NCBI RefSeq assembly: GCF_006345805.1
Contig: NC_043021.1
Span: 18,972,001-19,036,000, forward strand
DNA from: Octopus sinensis
Lineage: Eukaryota
DNA length: 64,000 nt
Reading direction: 5' to 3'
A program made the position numbers and the translations under genes. A model generated the notes under the pieces. It did not search any database and had not been told where the DNA came from. It worked only from the letters and a program-made list of their open reading frames with translations. Of the stretch, positions 1-14,705 are shown one piece after another; within the stretch, counting starts at the first letter, position 1; each line of letters begins with the position of its first letter.

Positions 1-169
1 CTGACTCGAGGAACCCCTGTGCAATAATTTAATAGTCTTATGCACACAAATCTGTACAGGAGAATTAAAAATTACTGCCGATTTTAGCAGTTTTGTAACT
101 TCTTGCGGAACCCCTGGACTGTACTGGCAGAACCCTAAGGTTCCGCGGAACCCTGGTTGAAAACCACTG
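1..169. mobile_element. hAT-like MITE, right end
   Basis: Ends GGTTGAAAACCACTG (TIR CAGTGGTTTTCAACC); internal GGAACCC repeats. Confidence 0.55.
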
Positions 170-322
170 CTCTACACCATGCCACACATGCAGGAGAACC
201 CAGTCATGGATGTCAAACAATTTCTGTGACCACATCACCCCTAATATCTGGCCATCTAACTCCCCAGATTGCAACCCCCTTGATTATTATGTGTGGGTCA
301 CAGTTGAGCAAGAGACCAACAA
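170..322 (+). mobile_element. maT (DD37D) transposase fragment
   Basis: NFCDHITPNIWPSNSPDCNPLDYYVW; homologous to 22020-22190. Confidence 0.8.
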
Positions 323-735
323 TGTCAGTTTTAGAGAGATCTTGTTTTCTGAGATCGTTTCTCCCCTTTCAAGTGAAACTGCTTCTAATTTTCATTTAGT
401 AATTATGGCACATCATCTAGAGGTGGAGATAATCTTAGTAAATCAAGAATTTATATTGTATGGTATTTGATATACCCATGTCTATGTATGCATGTATATA
501 TGTATGCACGTATGTATGTAGCTGTCTATCCTTACACTCTTACTCACACACATACGCACAAACACACATGCCTATGTATAAGCATTCTATGTGCACCTGT
601 AAATATACATACACATATGTATACACACCAGCATACACACATGTAAAGAGAAACATGTTCCACCACCTCCACCATGCTAAATGTTTTCTTCGGTTCTTCA
701 CATGTTTGCCTTACATGTTGCACTCTGGGTGTGTG

Positions 736-786
<51 letters not shown>

Positions 787-1021
787 TGGCATATATGTAG
801 GCATGTAACAGAAAATTGTATAAATCTTTTTGTTTTTGCTACAAGAACAGGTGATGGGAGAAGAGGAGGTGTAGAGGGAAGCCTGAAGAGGACGGATGAG
901 TAATAAAGAATGAGAGATGAGGGATATGGGTGGGTGTGTGTGTGTGTGTATGTGTGTGCATGTGTCTTTATAAATATCCGTGTCTATCAGTCTGTATGTA
1001 TGTGTCAGTGTGTATGTGTGC

Positions 1022-1065
<44 letters not shown>

Positions 1066-1647
1066 ACACACACACATACACATATATATAGACAGACAGA
1101 CAGATAGATAGATACATAGATAGATAGATAGATAGACATATATAGACAGGCAGACAAATAGATAGAGAGATAGACAAATAGATAGATACATACATACATA
1201 CATAGATACATAGGTAGATAGATAGACTGACAGACTGATCGATTGATCAATCATCACTTGACATCCGTCTTCAGTACTGGAATGGGCGGATTGATTGGTA
1301 TGACTGGAATTAGTGAGCCAGAGGACTGTTCCAAACTCTACGGATTGCTTTGGCATGCTTTCCGTGGCTGAGTTCCCTTCCTAACACCAACCACTTTACA
1401 GAATGTATTGAGTGCTCTTTTACACATCAACAGCACCGGCGGGTTCACTAAATTATTTGCAAGTGAAAAACCTTTCAACAGAGGTGGGGTTAGCATTGAC
1501 AGAGGGCATTTGTGCCAAGTGATGGGACGAGAGAGTATGAACAGAGGGACAGAAACAGGTGTCTTAGAGTAGACAAATTTGTACTCTACAGAATTATTGA
1601 GTAACCCTATCAGATTAATGTGAAATTGTTTTTATCATAACTCTCTC

Positions 1648-2037
1648 TCTTTTACTCTTTTACTTGTTTCAGTCATTTGACTGCGGCCATGCTGGAGCAC
1701 CGCCTTTAGTCGAGCAAATCAACCCGGGACTTATTCTTTGTAAGCCCAGTACTTAGTCTATCGGTCTCTTTTGCCGAACCACTAAGTGAAAGGGACGTAA
1801 ACACACCAGCTAGGGGGACAACACAGACACACAACCCCCCCACACACACACACATATATATAAATACATATATACGACAGGCTTCTTTCAGTTTCCGTCT
1901 ACCAAATCCACTCACAAGGCATTAGTCGGCCCGGGGCTATAGCAGAAGACACTTGCCCAAGATGCCACACAGTGGGACTGAACCCGGAACCATGTGGTTG
2001 GTTAGCAAGCTACTTACCACACAGCCACTCCTGCACC
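1648..2037 (-). mobile_element. SINE family A
   Basis: Full-length reverse copy. Confidence 0.9.
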
Positions 2038-2829
2038 TAACTGAACATAAAAACAAACATTTTTATGTGTGTGTGTGTGTGTAATTTTGAGATCCAAAGG
2101 ATCCAAGTATAGGAAGATTGTAAGTTTTGAATGGTCCATGGAAGGTATAAGAAACAAATTTCCATGAAGAATAATGGTTTGTAGGCTGGTGAGTAGATAG
2201 CTGAGTGCCCTCTATTGAGGATCTGTTAACTAGAAAACATACAGCGTGGCCCAAAAGTAGGTTTACAGTCATTCAACCATCTCTTTCATATTCGTATATT
2301 AACAGTTTATAAAAAAATATGAAACCATTATTCTATGCTAATTTAGTTAATTTTGTAAGCTCTCTTTTCAGCTTGTAATTTTTTTTTTTTAACCAAAATC
2401 TGGATTCTTTAAGACTTCTGTGATTGAAAAAAATGAGATGTTAGTGGCTCTGACATTTATGAACAGTCCAAAGAAGTCCACACAATGTGCTTTTCTAGAA
2501 CTATCCATAGGTGCAGGAGTGCCTATATATGTGGAGGCGCATTGGTCCAGTGGTTAGGGCAGTGGACTTGCGGTCATAGGATTGCGGTTTCGATTCCCAG
2601 ACCGGGCGTTGTGAGTGTTTATTGAGCGAAAACACCACGAGGCTCTGGCAGTGGGTGGTGGCAATCCCTGCTGTACTCTTTCGCCTCAAATTTCTCTCAC
2701 TCTTTCTTCTGTTGGCCTACTCGCTTAGCCAGCGGGGTGGTGTCATTTGAAGGCTAAAACAATGCAGAGCGCATTGTGACCAGCGATGTTTAATAACATC
2801 TGATAGCTTGGTTGGTCACAGTGATCACG

Positions 2830-2861
<32 letters not shown>

Positions 2862-2866
<5 letters not shown>

Positions 2867-3030
2867 CCAAGAAGAAAGCAACAAGAATGGATCAGTAGTT
2901 TAGTACAATTGTTTCATACTATAAACATTATATTTAAATAAAATGTTTATAGTATTAAATAAAATGTTTATAGTATGAAACAATTGTACTAAACTACCGA
3001 TACATTCTTGTTGCTTTCTTCATGGTTATA
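2862..3030. repeat. Fold-back palindrome, Penelope pLTR-like, with hammerhead 3' halves
   Basis: About 68-bp arms; GAAACAATTGTA on both strands; follows (TA)n. Confidence 0.7.
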
Positions 3031-4592
3031 ATCACCCCCCGTAATTTTATGGTTAATACCATAAAAAATTCTGGTGCATCTAAGTTAAGTACCATATTCT
3101 TTTGAATCTAAATTGTTTTGCTGAAATTATACATATATATATATGCCATGGAATTTCCCAAAGCCAGACACCAATATCTAAGTCTTGTAAGCTTAATTAT
3201 GTTACCTATGAAGAACACCAGACAATACCAAAGTTAGAAATCCCCAAGCTATGAATCCACAAACACTTTAGAAGAATGAAGGAGAACCTAGAATAACAAC
3301 ATTAAGATATAAGAAATTCGCAATCTAGCACAACATATGTCCATTGAATCGTCAGCTGCCCAAACAGATATTACTGTGGTTTCGACACCATGTATACACA
3401 CACACACATGGTGGGGGAGTTCCTTGTCTAAACACATCACATGATAGTTGTAAACTGAGTGTCACTGTCATACAAGCAGTGTTATTCATTTCCAATATTC
3501 TGCAAAAAACATATCTGAACTCGGGTGGGGTGGGGGTGGGGGGAATATCACCTTACCTTTGAAACAGGTGAGGGTAGGTGACAGGAAGGGCGTCCAGTCC
3601 TAGAAAAATATGCTTCAATAAATTCCATCCTACCCAGGTGATCACAGAAAAGCAGACATTAAAATGATGATGATGAACTAAATACTACACGATTGACTAA
3701 CTGGCCAATGTGTGAGGCCCCGATGGAATTCTTTATATTTTGGTGGTAACGAGGGGGGGGGGGATGGGTAAACCCATTACATTGTACCTTGCTGATGGAG
3801 GTTACAGTTATTGCAGTGGCAGTGATCATGATAAGAAAGATAGTGGTGGTGTTGGAGGTGATGATGTAACAGAGATAGTGGTGGCGGCGGAGGCGGCGAA
3901 GATGATGATGATGTAACCGAGGTAGTGGGGTGATAGTGACGGTGGCGGTTGTATTTGGTGGTGGTGGTGGTGGTGGTGTTGGTGAGGGTGGTGGGACTGG
4001 CATGGGTTCTGCCAGTAAATAGAAGTGATAACAAAGCCTGTCACACTGTGTTCTGTAAATACCACCAGTTAAGCTGTTCTTAGAACAGATAATTTCAATT
4101 GTCATGGGAGGGAGGTATATAGCTAAGATGGCAGGGGTGGGGCGATGGGGTGGGTGGGGTGGAGGAGAGGTGAATACTGATGGGTGGGGAGAGAAAAAGA
4201 CAGAGAGAGGAACATTTTAAATATATAGGTGTGTGTGTGTGTGTATATATATATATAAACACATCAATAAACACATGTATAGAGAGACATATAAATACAT
4301 ACTTGCATATATATATATGTGTGTGTGTTGTATTTATATATATATGTATGTATGTATGTATGTATTTATATGTATATATATGTATGTATGTATTTATATG
4401 TATATATATGTATGTATGTATTATTTATATGTATATATATATATGTATGTATCTATATATTTATATGTATATATATGAGTGTGTGTGTGTGTGTATATTT
4501 ATATTATATGTATATATTTATATATATATGTATATACATATATAAATATGTATAAATAAATGCATTCATATATATAAATATGTATGAATACA

Positions 4593-4633
<41 letters not shown>

Positions 4634-5660
4634 TTTACATACATATATATGTATATATATAAATATATATAAATTCGTGTATGTATGTATATATACATAT
4701 TAATACATGCATGTATATATATATATATACAGATTCACACACACATCTATCTATCTAGCTATCTTTCTATCTCTCTCTCTCTCTCTGTATGTATATATAT
4801 ATATATATATATATTATACACATACATATCATTTATAGTTGCTAAATACCAGACACTCATACGTGTACACACACAATAGCATACTGGAGATGTGCCATTG
4901 TCATAACACATACACACACGTACATTTGCACACACACACACACACACCCATTCCTTGTTTCACACACACTCACACACACACACACTCACACACACAGAAT
5001 AACTGAGGTGTGCAATAACTGGGTCGATATATTGGCATATACAGACACAAACATACAAACATTTATACAAACACACACATACGCACACATACATATAAAC
5101 AAATACATACGCAAAGAAATATGCAAAAGAGCACAAATGCACACACACACACACACACACCACACATGGAAACATGCAGCACACATACATACATGCAAGA
5201 TGCTCAATATATATATACACACTCATAGTGCAGTAGGTTGGCCTACATGCTGACATATATATGCATATGCACACAGAAATACTCACGCAGACGCACAGAG
5301 AACAATACACGCACACACACACACACACACACCACACACACACACACACACACAAAAACACACACACACACACACACCACACACACACACACACACAAAC
5401 ACCCGAATACAGAGGAAAGCAAGCCTACGAGGAGGCCCTCAAACAGGTTGTTCGAGCTGCTAGAAATAGCAGCTTAATCTCTCTCCGATGTTATTATACA
5501 CTCGATAATGTACTTTTGCTATTAAGATAGGGTGGTCACGGATGGAGTACCTTTGACCATGGATCTGCTTTATTACATAAGCCTTGGGTTAAACGTTATT
5601 AACACCAACAGCAACATATAAAACCAATATAAAATGCACTGAAATATTCAGTATACACAA

Positions 5661-5835
5661 GGCGCAGGAGTGGCTGTGTGGTAAGTAGCTTGCTTACCAA
5701 CCACATAGTTCCGGGTTCAGTCCCACTGCGTGGCACCTTGGGCAAGCGTCTTCTATTATAGCCTCGGGCCGACCAAAGCCTTGTGAGTGGATTTGGTAGA
5801 CGGAAACTGAAAAAAGCCCGTCGTATATGCGTATG

Positions 5836-5872
<37 letters not shown>

Positions 5873-6081
5873 TTGCGTGTCTGTTTGTCCCCCTAGCATT
5901 GCTTGACAACCGATGCTGGTGTGTTTACGTCCCCGTAACTTAGCGGTTCGGTAAAGGAGATCGATAGATTAAGTACTGGGCTTACAAAGAATAAGTCCTG
6001 GGGTCGATTTCCTCGACTAAAGGCGGTGCTCCAGCATGGCCACAGTTTAAATGACTGAAACAAGTAAACGAGTAAAGAGAG
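5661..6081 (+). mobile_element. tRNA-derived SINE family A (about 400 bp, internal (TA)n(TG)n)
   Basis: A box TGGCTGTGTGG, B box GGTTCAGTCCC, CORE-like CCTTGGGCAAG, tail GACTGAAACAAGTAAAAGAG. Confidence 0.9.
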
Positions 6082-6342
6082 TAAGTTAACGAGCTGGCAG
6101 AATCGGTAGCGTATCGAGGGAAGTGCTTTGCAGCTTTTCATTTGTCCTTATGCTCTGTGTTCAAATTCCATGAAGGTCGAATTTGCATTCCTTCATTTTG
6201 AGATCGACAGAATAAATACCAGTTGAATAATGGGGTTGATGTAAATGACTAGCTCCCAGCCCCCAAAATTGTGCCAAAATTTGAAACTACTAACCAATAT
6301 TCATACGCACACACATGCACATAGATACACTTGTGTGTGTGT

Positions 6343-6385
<43 letters not shown>

Positions 6386-6388
<3 letters not shown>

Positions 6389-6557
6389 GCAGGAGTGGCT
6401 GTGTGGTAAGTAGCTTGCTTACCAACCACATGGTTCCAGGTTCAGTACCACTGCGTGGCACCTTGGGCAAGTGTCTTCTACTATAAGCCTCGGGCCGACC
6501 AAAGCCTTGTGAGTGGATTTGGTAGACGGAAACTGAAAAAAGCCCGTTGTATATATG

Positions 6558-6590
<33 letters not shown>

Positions 6591-6812
6591 GTGTGTGTGT
6601 TTGTGTGTCTGTGTTTGTCCCCCTAGCATTGCTTGACAACCGATGTTGGTGTGTTTATGTCCCCATCACTTAGCGGTTCGGCAAAAGAGACTGATAGAAT
6701 AAGTACTGGGCTTACAAAGAATAAGTCCAGGGGTCGAGGTGCTCGATTAAAGGCAGTGCTCCAGCATGGCCGCAGTCAAATGACTGAAACAAGTAAAAGA
6801 GTAAAGAGTAAA
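6386..6812 (+). mobile_element. SINE family A
   Basis: Full-length copy. Confidence 0.9.
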
Positions 6813-7163
6813 AAGCGTAATATGTATATATATATATATATATATATATTGGTAAAAACGGTAAGATAACAAAGAAAGAGACCTCAATATTATGTAAATA
6901 GAGGAATTTATCTGTACAGATATATATATATAGTGAGAATTTACAAAAAAACAAAAGATGAAGACAGGTGTGTAAACAACAAACAGATGTATTAGTTTAA
7001 CACTCAGGAAGTGAGAAAGTTTTTTATGTTTTGAACCTATGCTCTTTGACAGAAAGGAACACAGAAATAAATTGGGAGACAAACTAGAAAAAGGTTTAGT
7101 AGCTATATATATATATATATATATATACATACACATTGTCCCTTTAATTAAAAAATTCTATAT

Positions 7164-7249
7164 GAGGCTGAAGATTGCTCTACATTTTAAAACTGATGTA
7201 ATACTTACATTGTTAAATAAAATGAAGCAGCATGAAACGATTGTACTAC
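7164..7249 (+). ncRNA. Type I hammerhead motif with long stem II
   Basis: CTGAAGA (7168-7174), TTGC...GCAT stem II of about 60 nt, GAAA-C-GATT-G-TA (7234-7245); stem I is degenerate (GAGG/CTAC). Confidence 0.6.
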
Positions 7250-7277
7250 ACTACCTTGGATATCCTTGTTGCTTATT

Positions 7278-7318
<41 letters not shown>

Positions 7319-7792
7319 TATATAATATATATATATATATAAAATTAAGATTAAGTTGAATTAGATCCTTAAATTGAGGCGCCTTGCTAGGTCGGTATAA
7401 TCTGCATACCCTAACAATATTAATTGAATATTGCATATCAAGACAATATTGGTCATCTCATGAGAACGGTTTCTTTCGAATGATGTATATATATATGACA
7501 GACTTCTTTCAGTTTCCATCTACAAAATGCACTTAGAAAGTTTTGGGGTCAGCCTGAGGCTATAGTATGAGAAACTTGCTCAAGGCTACACAGTAGGACT
7601 GTACCTGAAAGTATGTGGTTGGGTTGCAAAGGATTAAATCCAGTAAAATGAAAAATAAACCCAAACAACTGACATCCTTTTTGTGGACTGCCAATAAACA
7701 ATCTCATGACCTGACAGGAATACACCTAGACACATTTACAAAGTTCTACATACATGAATAAATTCTAAACAATAACAAAACCCCAAATTTAA

Positions 7793-8264
7793 CCCTTTCA
7801 TTACTGTATTTCTGTTGAGATGCTCTGTGTTTCTCTCAATTATTTCAGATATTACAAAGAATTTAGTAAAATAACTTAGTTATCATTTAGCTAGTGTTAG
7901 GAACATAAATTGTGACTAAGGTTTAGTGGAAGATTTTAATTCAAAATGTATGAAAACAAGAAATTTGTACTACAGAGCCAGAGCCAGTTTTAGCCGGGTT
8001 GGTATCGAAAGGGTTAAGAATTGTTTCTCTATTATATATTTTAACCCTTTTGTTACCATATATCTGTTGAGATGCTCTGTGTTTCCTTCAATTACTTTAA
8101 ATATAACAAAGAATTTAGTAAGATAACTTTGTTATCATTCAGCTAGTGTTAGGAACATAAATTGTGACTAAGGTTTGGTGGAAGATTTTAATTCAAAACT
8201 TATGCAAACAAGACATTTGTACTCAGAGCCAGAGCCGGTTTCAGCCAAGTTGTTAACGAAAGGG
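7793..8264. mobile_element. Two tandem piggyBac-type MITEs (7793-8013, 8045-8264)
   Basis: TTAA|CCCTTT...AAAGGG|TTAA ends on both; 23-nt linker. Confidence 0.85.
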
Positions 8265-8990
8265 TTAATGCCTGCTGGTCCACTTACATAGGTTGAATGA
8301 CATACATACATGTATATATGTTTACTCTAACCTGGGCCACAACTCCATAAACATGTCCCGTCCCTTTTTCTATAAGTCTTTTGGCTCCTGGTGATAAGGT
8401 TGGACAGTTGTACTGGCGGTGATTATTGAACCAGCAATTCATGTCCTTCAATGTCCTCTTATCTCCAGACAATAAGCATGTCCTCTCTTTTGTTGGCATG
8501 TCAGTTTTAGAGAGGTCTTGTTTTCTGAGATTGTTTCCCCCTTTCAAGTGAAACTGCTTCTAATTTTCATTTAATAATCATGGTACATCATCTAGAGGTG
8601 GAGATAATCTTAATAAATCTAGAATTTATGTTGTATGGTATTTGATATATCTGTGTCTATGCATGCATGTATATATGTATGCACGTATATTTATACTCAG
8701 AGCTAGGGCCGGTTTCAGCTGGGTTGGTAACGGAATGTTAATCAATAGAATTTCTCCAAAACACCATTTTAACATAACCAACCTACAACTTAATTACTGC
8801 TTCATTCAAAGCCACGTGCCTGAGGAATATTTTGTTCTGAGTTCACACTGGGGTTAACATAACTGATTAACCCACTCCCTAAAATTCCAGGCCTTGTGCC
8901 TATTATAGAAAGCATGTACATTGCAACATTTCCAACCAGTTAAGATTAGAAGCCATGAGAGTCACTGCCTGGTGTTGCATCAGGCATTTA

Positions 8991-9358
8991 TTATTACCTC
9001 CGCCTTAGTGAAGGCGGAGGTAGTGTTTTCAGTCATGTTTGTTTGTTTGTCTGTGGACAAGATATCTCAAGAACCTGTGCATGGATTCAGATGAAACTTT
9101 CAGGGATGTTTGGCCTCGTGACTGGCACAAACTGATTAGATCTTGGGATCAATCTGGTACAGGACAAGGATTCTGGATTATTTTACCTGGTTTTTTTTTT
9201 ACTTAATATTTGAGAGCGGTCGGGTTCATTTTTAGTATTCTCATTTGTGAGAGCAGTTGAGTTCATTTCAGATATTCTCATTTTAAAAATCATCTCTGGC
9301 TAATCATCGAGAGGACATTGGTGTTGCTTTGGCAGAGGTTTGTACTCTCTGAGTGCTC

Positions 9359-9362
<4 letters not shown>
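8991..9362 (+). mobile_element. Helentron-associated non-autonomous element (HINE / DINE-1-like)
   Basis: 5' ACCTCCGCC...GGCGGAGGT palindrome, (GTTT)n, 3' GGCAGAGGT plus GTACTC-TCT-GAGTGC hairpin, T-rich flanks. Confidence 0.75.
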
Positions 9363-9390
<28 letters not shown>

Positions 9391-9892
9391 GCTATTGTTA
9401 TTACTATTAATATTATTATTATTATTATTGAGTGAGAGAGCGTGCATGCCATCAAAGTGACACTGAGGTAAAATATACGAAGCCCAGTATACCCATCATG
9501 ACTACCCGTCTGATAAGGGTACACCAGGCACATGCATCACAACCATATGTGTGCGACATGGTGATCTCATATCAAGATAAACAGCACATGACCTTGCAGG
9601 TGGGGCCCAGTTAGAATTTTCTTCTGGTCAAGTAGCCCATCCCGCTCAAAAGGTCCCTGATTAAGGGTTGTTTAAGGATGTTGAAAGAAACACTCATATT
9701 TCCAGAGGTGAATTATTCAAACCCCAAAGAATTCCTCTCAGCACATGGCTATGATGCTCCCCTACTACTTCTGCTCGTGGTCAGAGATGCACGTATCATC
9801 AGCCACTAGGGGACATGCTCAACTGGTTAAGGTCAAACAACTGACAAGCAAATCTGTGGTATTGAACAGAATATTTGCTGTAGCCCGTCTTT

Positions 9893-9942
9893 ATTATTAT
9901 TATCATTTATTATTATTATTATTAGTATTAGTATTAGTATTA

Positions 9943-9996
<54 letters not shown>

Positions 9997-10035
9997 TATT
10001 ATTATTACTATTATTATTATTATTATTATTACTAC

Positions 10036-10101
<66 letters not shown>

Positions 10102-10175
10102 TATTATTATTACTATTATTATATTATTATTATTACTACTATTATTATTATATTATTATTATTATTATTATTACT
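9893..10175. repeat. (TAT)n microsatellite
   Basis: Direct reading. Confidence 0.98.
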
Positions 10176-10717
10176 ATTAAATTGTCTTTGTCGTGGTTCT
10201 TTTTATGTAGTAACTCTGTCCATGGCCTTCCACCTGTTTTAGTAACTTTTATAGTTATTGTTTAGTTACTTGCACATAGTTACACACCCTGTTCTATGTA
10301 ATATGAGAAACAATTCAAGTGAGAAATAGCTGCCATGTAAGGATATTATTATTATTATTATTAATATCGTTATTCAAAGTCAAAAAATAACAAAAGGAAA
10401 ATATAAGTCAAAAACATCAAAGCAATTTCACCACTCCCAACGTGGTTTCTGAATGCCCTTCATCATATCACAGCCTGCATTTGCTCTGAATCATTTTACT
10501 CAGTACTGTTCTTTACCTCTAGTATGAATGGTACCTACTACCCATAGTCACTGTGTACACTGCTTCAGAACATGGAGGGGGGAGGAGGCAATCCTCTGCA
10601 TGATTAGTTAACGATGTTCAGTTGACTGTGGTCTTCAAACAAGTCTCAAAATGCCTGCTTTTCGGACTAATCTCTCTCTATATATATATATAAACGGTAA
10701 AATGTCTCTGTGTGTGT

Positions 10718-11270
10718 GATTGTGACTAAGGTTTGGTGGAAGATTTTAATTCAAAAATTATGAAAACAAGACATTTGTACTCAGAGCCAAAGCCGGTTTC
10801 AGCCAGGTTGGTATTGAATGGGTTAAGAATTGTTTCTCTATTATATATTTTAACCCTTTTGTTACCATATTTCTTTTGAGATGCTCTGTGTTTCTTTCAA
10901 TCAATTTTAAATATAACAAAGAATTTAGTAAAATAACATCGTTATCATTGAGCTAGTGTTAGGAACATAAATTGTGACTAAGGTTTGATGGAAGATTTTA
11001 ATTCAAAACTTATGAAAACAAGATATTTGTACCCAGAGCCAGATTCAGCCGGGTTGGTAGCGAAAGGATTAAGGTTGTTTTTTTTTGTTTTTCAATCTAG
11101 AGATGGATCTTATCTTGTGAGTTACATTACATTCTGTAAAGGGATTGGTGTTTGAAGGGGTTTCGGTAACCTCCACATGACTTAACCCTTTCATTACCAT
11201 ATTTCTGTTGAGATGTTCTATGTTTCTTTCCATTGATTTTAAATATAACAAGGAATTTAGTAAAATAAGA
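10718..11270. mobile_element. Further copies of the TTAA MITE (partial 10718-10822, full 10854-11068, partial 11185-11270)
   Basis: High identity to 7793-8264, including the same linker. Confidence 0.8.
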
Positions 11271-12281
11271 CTGTGGAATAAATGATAATCAGGTGGAGCA
11301 ATGTCCATTGAAGATGGTGGGTGAGGCATCATTTCCCATTCAACCTGTATGTAGCCAAGCATTATCCTGATGGAAGAACACCTTTTGTCTTGAAACCAAA
11401 GATGGTCATTTTTCTTCTAGCACTGACTTAAGCCACTCAAGCTGCTCACAGTAGATCTTTGTTATCGTTTGGTTTGGGTTTAAAAGTTCAAAGCAGACTA
11501 AACCTTTCATATCCCACCAAACAGATAATAACACCTTACATGGGTGAAGACCTTCTTTAGACTGGGATGCTAGTGTTTCTCCTTTCCCTACCCACTGTCT
11601 TCAGCACCTGATATTTTTATATAAAACCCATTTCTCATCACCAGTCACCATTTGATCCAAAAAAGGTTCATTCATGAAATGTGACAGCAAAGAAGAGCAC
11701 ACATTCACTCTCTGCATGTGATTAGACTCGCAAAGTCTATGAGAAACGCATTGACACAATTTGCTGATTTTTTCCAATGGTACACAGGTGTTAGTTGATA
11801 AATGGTTGAATGACCAAATCCAAGCTTCTCTTCTAATTACTCAACAGTTACGATGGGATTTCTTTCCACCAAGATTTGCGGGATGTCCTCATCAAGGTTT
11901 ACAGATCTTCCAGGACGAGGGTCATCTTCTAGGCTGTAGTTTCCAGTTCAGAGCTTCTGGAACCACTGCTGACACTGGCTGATGTTTATTGTCTAATCCC
12001 CATATACTGCATTAATATTCAATGCACTTTCTGTTGCATCGTTGCCTTTGTTCAACTCATAAAGCAAAGTATGCCGAAAATGCTGCTTTGTCACTTCCAT
12101 TATGGCTTTGAAAAATAACTGCTAAAATTGAACTGCACTCTTCAAAAATTGCACTAAGAATAAGTACAAGGTAAAATTACTACCTTCTATTATAAGAAGG
12201 TAATGCAGGTAGTTTATCCCCCACCCTCCAACTTTTAGTTCATGCAATTGAAAAAACCGCATTATTTATGGGATAACCCAA
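11270..12281 (-). mobile_element. Truncated decayed mariner
   Basis: TIR TTGGGTTATCCCATAA ending at 12281 + TA; ATG at 12100 (MEVTKQHFRHTLLYE); WEMMPHPPSSMDIAPPDYHLF near 11280-11340. Confidence 0.85.
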
Positions 12282-13197
12282 TACATATATATATGTGTAC
12301 ATATGTGTGTGTGTGTGTAAGAGTATTTATATATATATATATGTGTGTGTGTGTGAGTATATATATATATATGGGTGTGTGGTAAAAAGCTTGCTTCCCA
12401 AAAACATGGTTCTGGGTTCAGTCCCACCACAAGGCACCTTAGGCAAGTGTATTTTACTATAGCCTCAGGCCAACCAAAGCCTTGTGAGTGAATTTGATAG
12501 AGGGAAACTGAAAGAAGCCTGTATGTACATGTATATATATATCTGCATGTATTAATGTGTGTGTGTGTCTGTGTTTGGCCCCTACCTATTTCTTTACTAC
12601 CCACAAGGAGCTAAACACAGAGAGGACAAACAAGGACAGACAAACGGATTAAGTCGATTACATCGTCCCCAGTGCGTAACTGGTACTTAATTTATCGACC
12701 CCGAAGGATGAAAGGCAAAGTCGACCTCGGCGTAATTTGAACTCACAACGTAACAGCAGACGAAATACCGTGAATCATTTCGCCCGGCGTGCTAACGTTT
12801 CTACCAGCTCACCGCCGTTCAGTAATTATTCCTGCACCCATTATAAGAAAATGTAAATAATTTAACATAAATTTTATTACAGAAATTCACTCTCTTTATT
12901 ATCTTTTAGGTGGGGCCCCCACCTTCAATAAATGTTTTGTACTTTTTGTTGGTATATATTTATATGCCTGTAATTAGATCTAGACATATTTCTGTCTCTT
13001 TCTGTCCCTCTCTTCTTTTCAGTATGCATAGACGTGTGTGTGTGTGTATGGCGCGCGCAGATCATGTGTGTGCGTAAGTATGTATACATGTGTATATGCA
13101 TATGTATAGGTGTATATCATATAAGTCGTGTGTGTGTGTACACACATCTGTATCTAATTATGTATGTATATATATACACACATACATATACATATAG

Positions 13198-13229
<32 letters not shown>

Positions 13230-13248
13230 CATACATACATATACATAT

Positions 13249-13291
<43 letters not shown>

Positions 13292-14023
13292 AATATATAT
13301 ATATATATATACACATACATATACATATATATATATATATATGTATATATATAAATATATATATATATATAACACACTACATACATATATATATATATAT
13401 ACACACACATATATATATATATACACACATACACACACATATATATACATACACACACACACACATATATATACACACATACACACACACGCACATACAC
13501 ACACTAGTACACTGGGTATTTCTCAGGAAATCACTCACCTGGTGGTGAAAATGTTGAGTTTGAATCCTGCTAATTATGCCTAAAAATTTCCTTTTCAACA
13601 AAGTGTTTGTGTTATTTTGTGACCCAGGGAGAATTACTGCTGCTGCCTTTTATTCTTGTGAAGACAACTGCAAGAGAAGGATTTGACTAAGAGTACGCCA
13701 CTGTACTCAGAGAGAAAGCTTTCAAAAGGATCTTTTGCTCTGTGTTTGGTGGGGCATGAGGAAGCTAGGGGTGGGGGTAGGTGAATGGCCTGTGAGAGCA
13801 ATAGAAATTATGGAGGAGGATGTCGTCAGTGAGGTGAGGGTTTGCAACAAATGCTACAATGAATTTAGTGTACAGGTGGGAGTTTAACTCTCAGCAGTTG
13901 ACATATTTCATCAACCCTGAATGAATGAAAGGTGAAGGTGGAAATCAGAATGCAAAGAGCTGGAAGAAATATGAAAGGCATTTTTTTTTTCAGTGTTCTA
14001 ATGATTCTGCCACGTTGCTGCCC

Positions 14024-14054
<31 letters not shown>

Positions 14055-14055
<1 letters not shown>

Positions 14056-14470
14056 TTGTTTATTGGCTACAAGGGCTAACAAAAATCAAATAAAACATGT
14101 AGGGACAAAATACAGGACGAAAGTTACAAAAAGGGTTTTGTCCTTTTGGAAAGACTGTGTAAAAACTCAAGATAACAGCAAAAATATAACAAGTAAAAAC
14201 TCCCAATAGGGGGAGGCGCTTCGAAAGGTTACTCGTGGAAAAACCCATAAAAGCCACGGGAGCCTGGTCAAAAAGGGGGTAGAGAGCCCTTTTCTCCTTT
14301 TATATTTACCTTTTTTGTTACAGGTGTAACCTCAGAATTGGTCCGTTTGTACTGGCCATTCTTCTGACATTCACCCACCTTTCAATGAATTTGCTACGAG
14401 ACAGCACTTCCCTCTCTACTCTCATCTTCCTTTTCAAGTGGAACTTGAAAAAATTAATGAGGCCTTGGCC
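14055..14470 (-). mobile_element. Tx1/L1-clade LINE 3' end
   Basis: Similar to 38360-38730; ends at AATAAA + (TTA)n. Confidence 0.6.
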
Positions 14471-14517
<47 letters not shown>

Positions 14518-14674
14518 CCTTTCTACTATAGATACAAGGTCTGAAATTTTTCAGGGAGTGGACTAGCTGATTACATCAACTCATGTTCAACTGGTACTTA
14601 TTTTATTGACCTTGAAAGGATGAAAGGCAAAGTCAACCTCGGCTGAGTAGTAGTCGTCGTCGTCGTCATCGTCA

Positions 14675-14705
<31 letters not shown>

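Noticed and set aside
3523-4162. G-quadruplex-capable G runs (3523-3543, 4135-4162)
   Set aside because: Part of a GGT-rich low-complexity tract with no other evidence of function.
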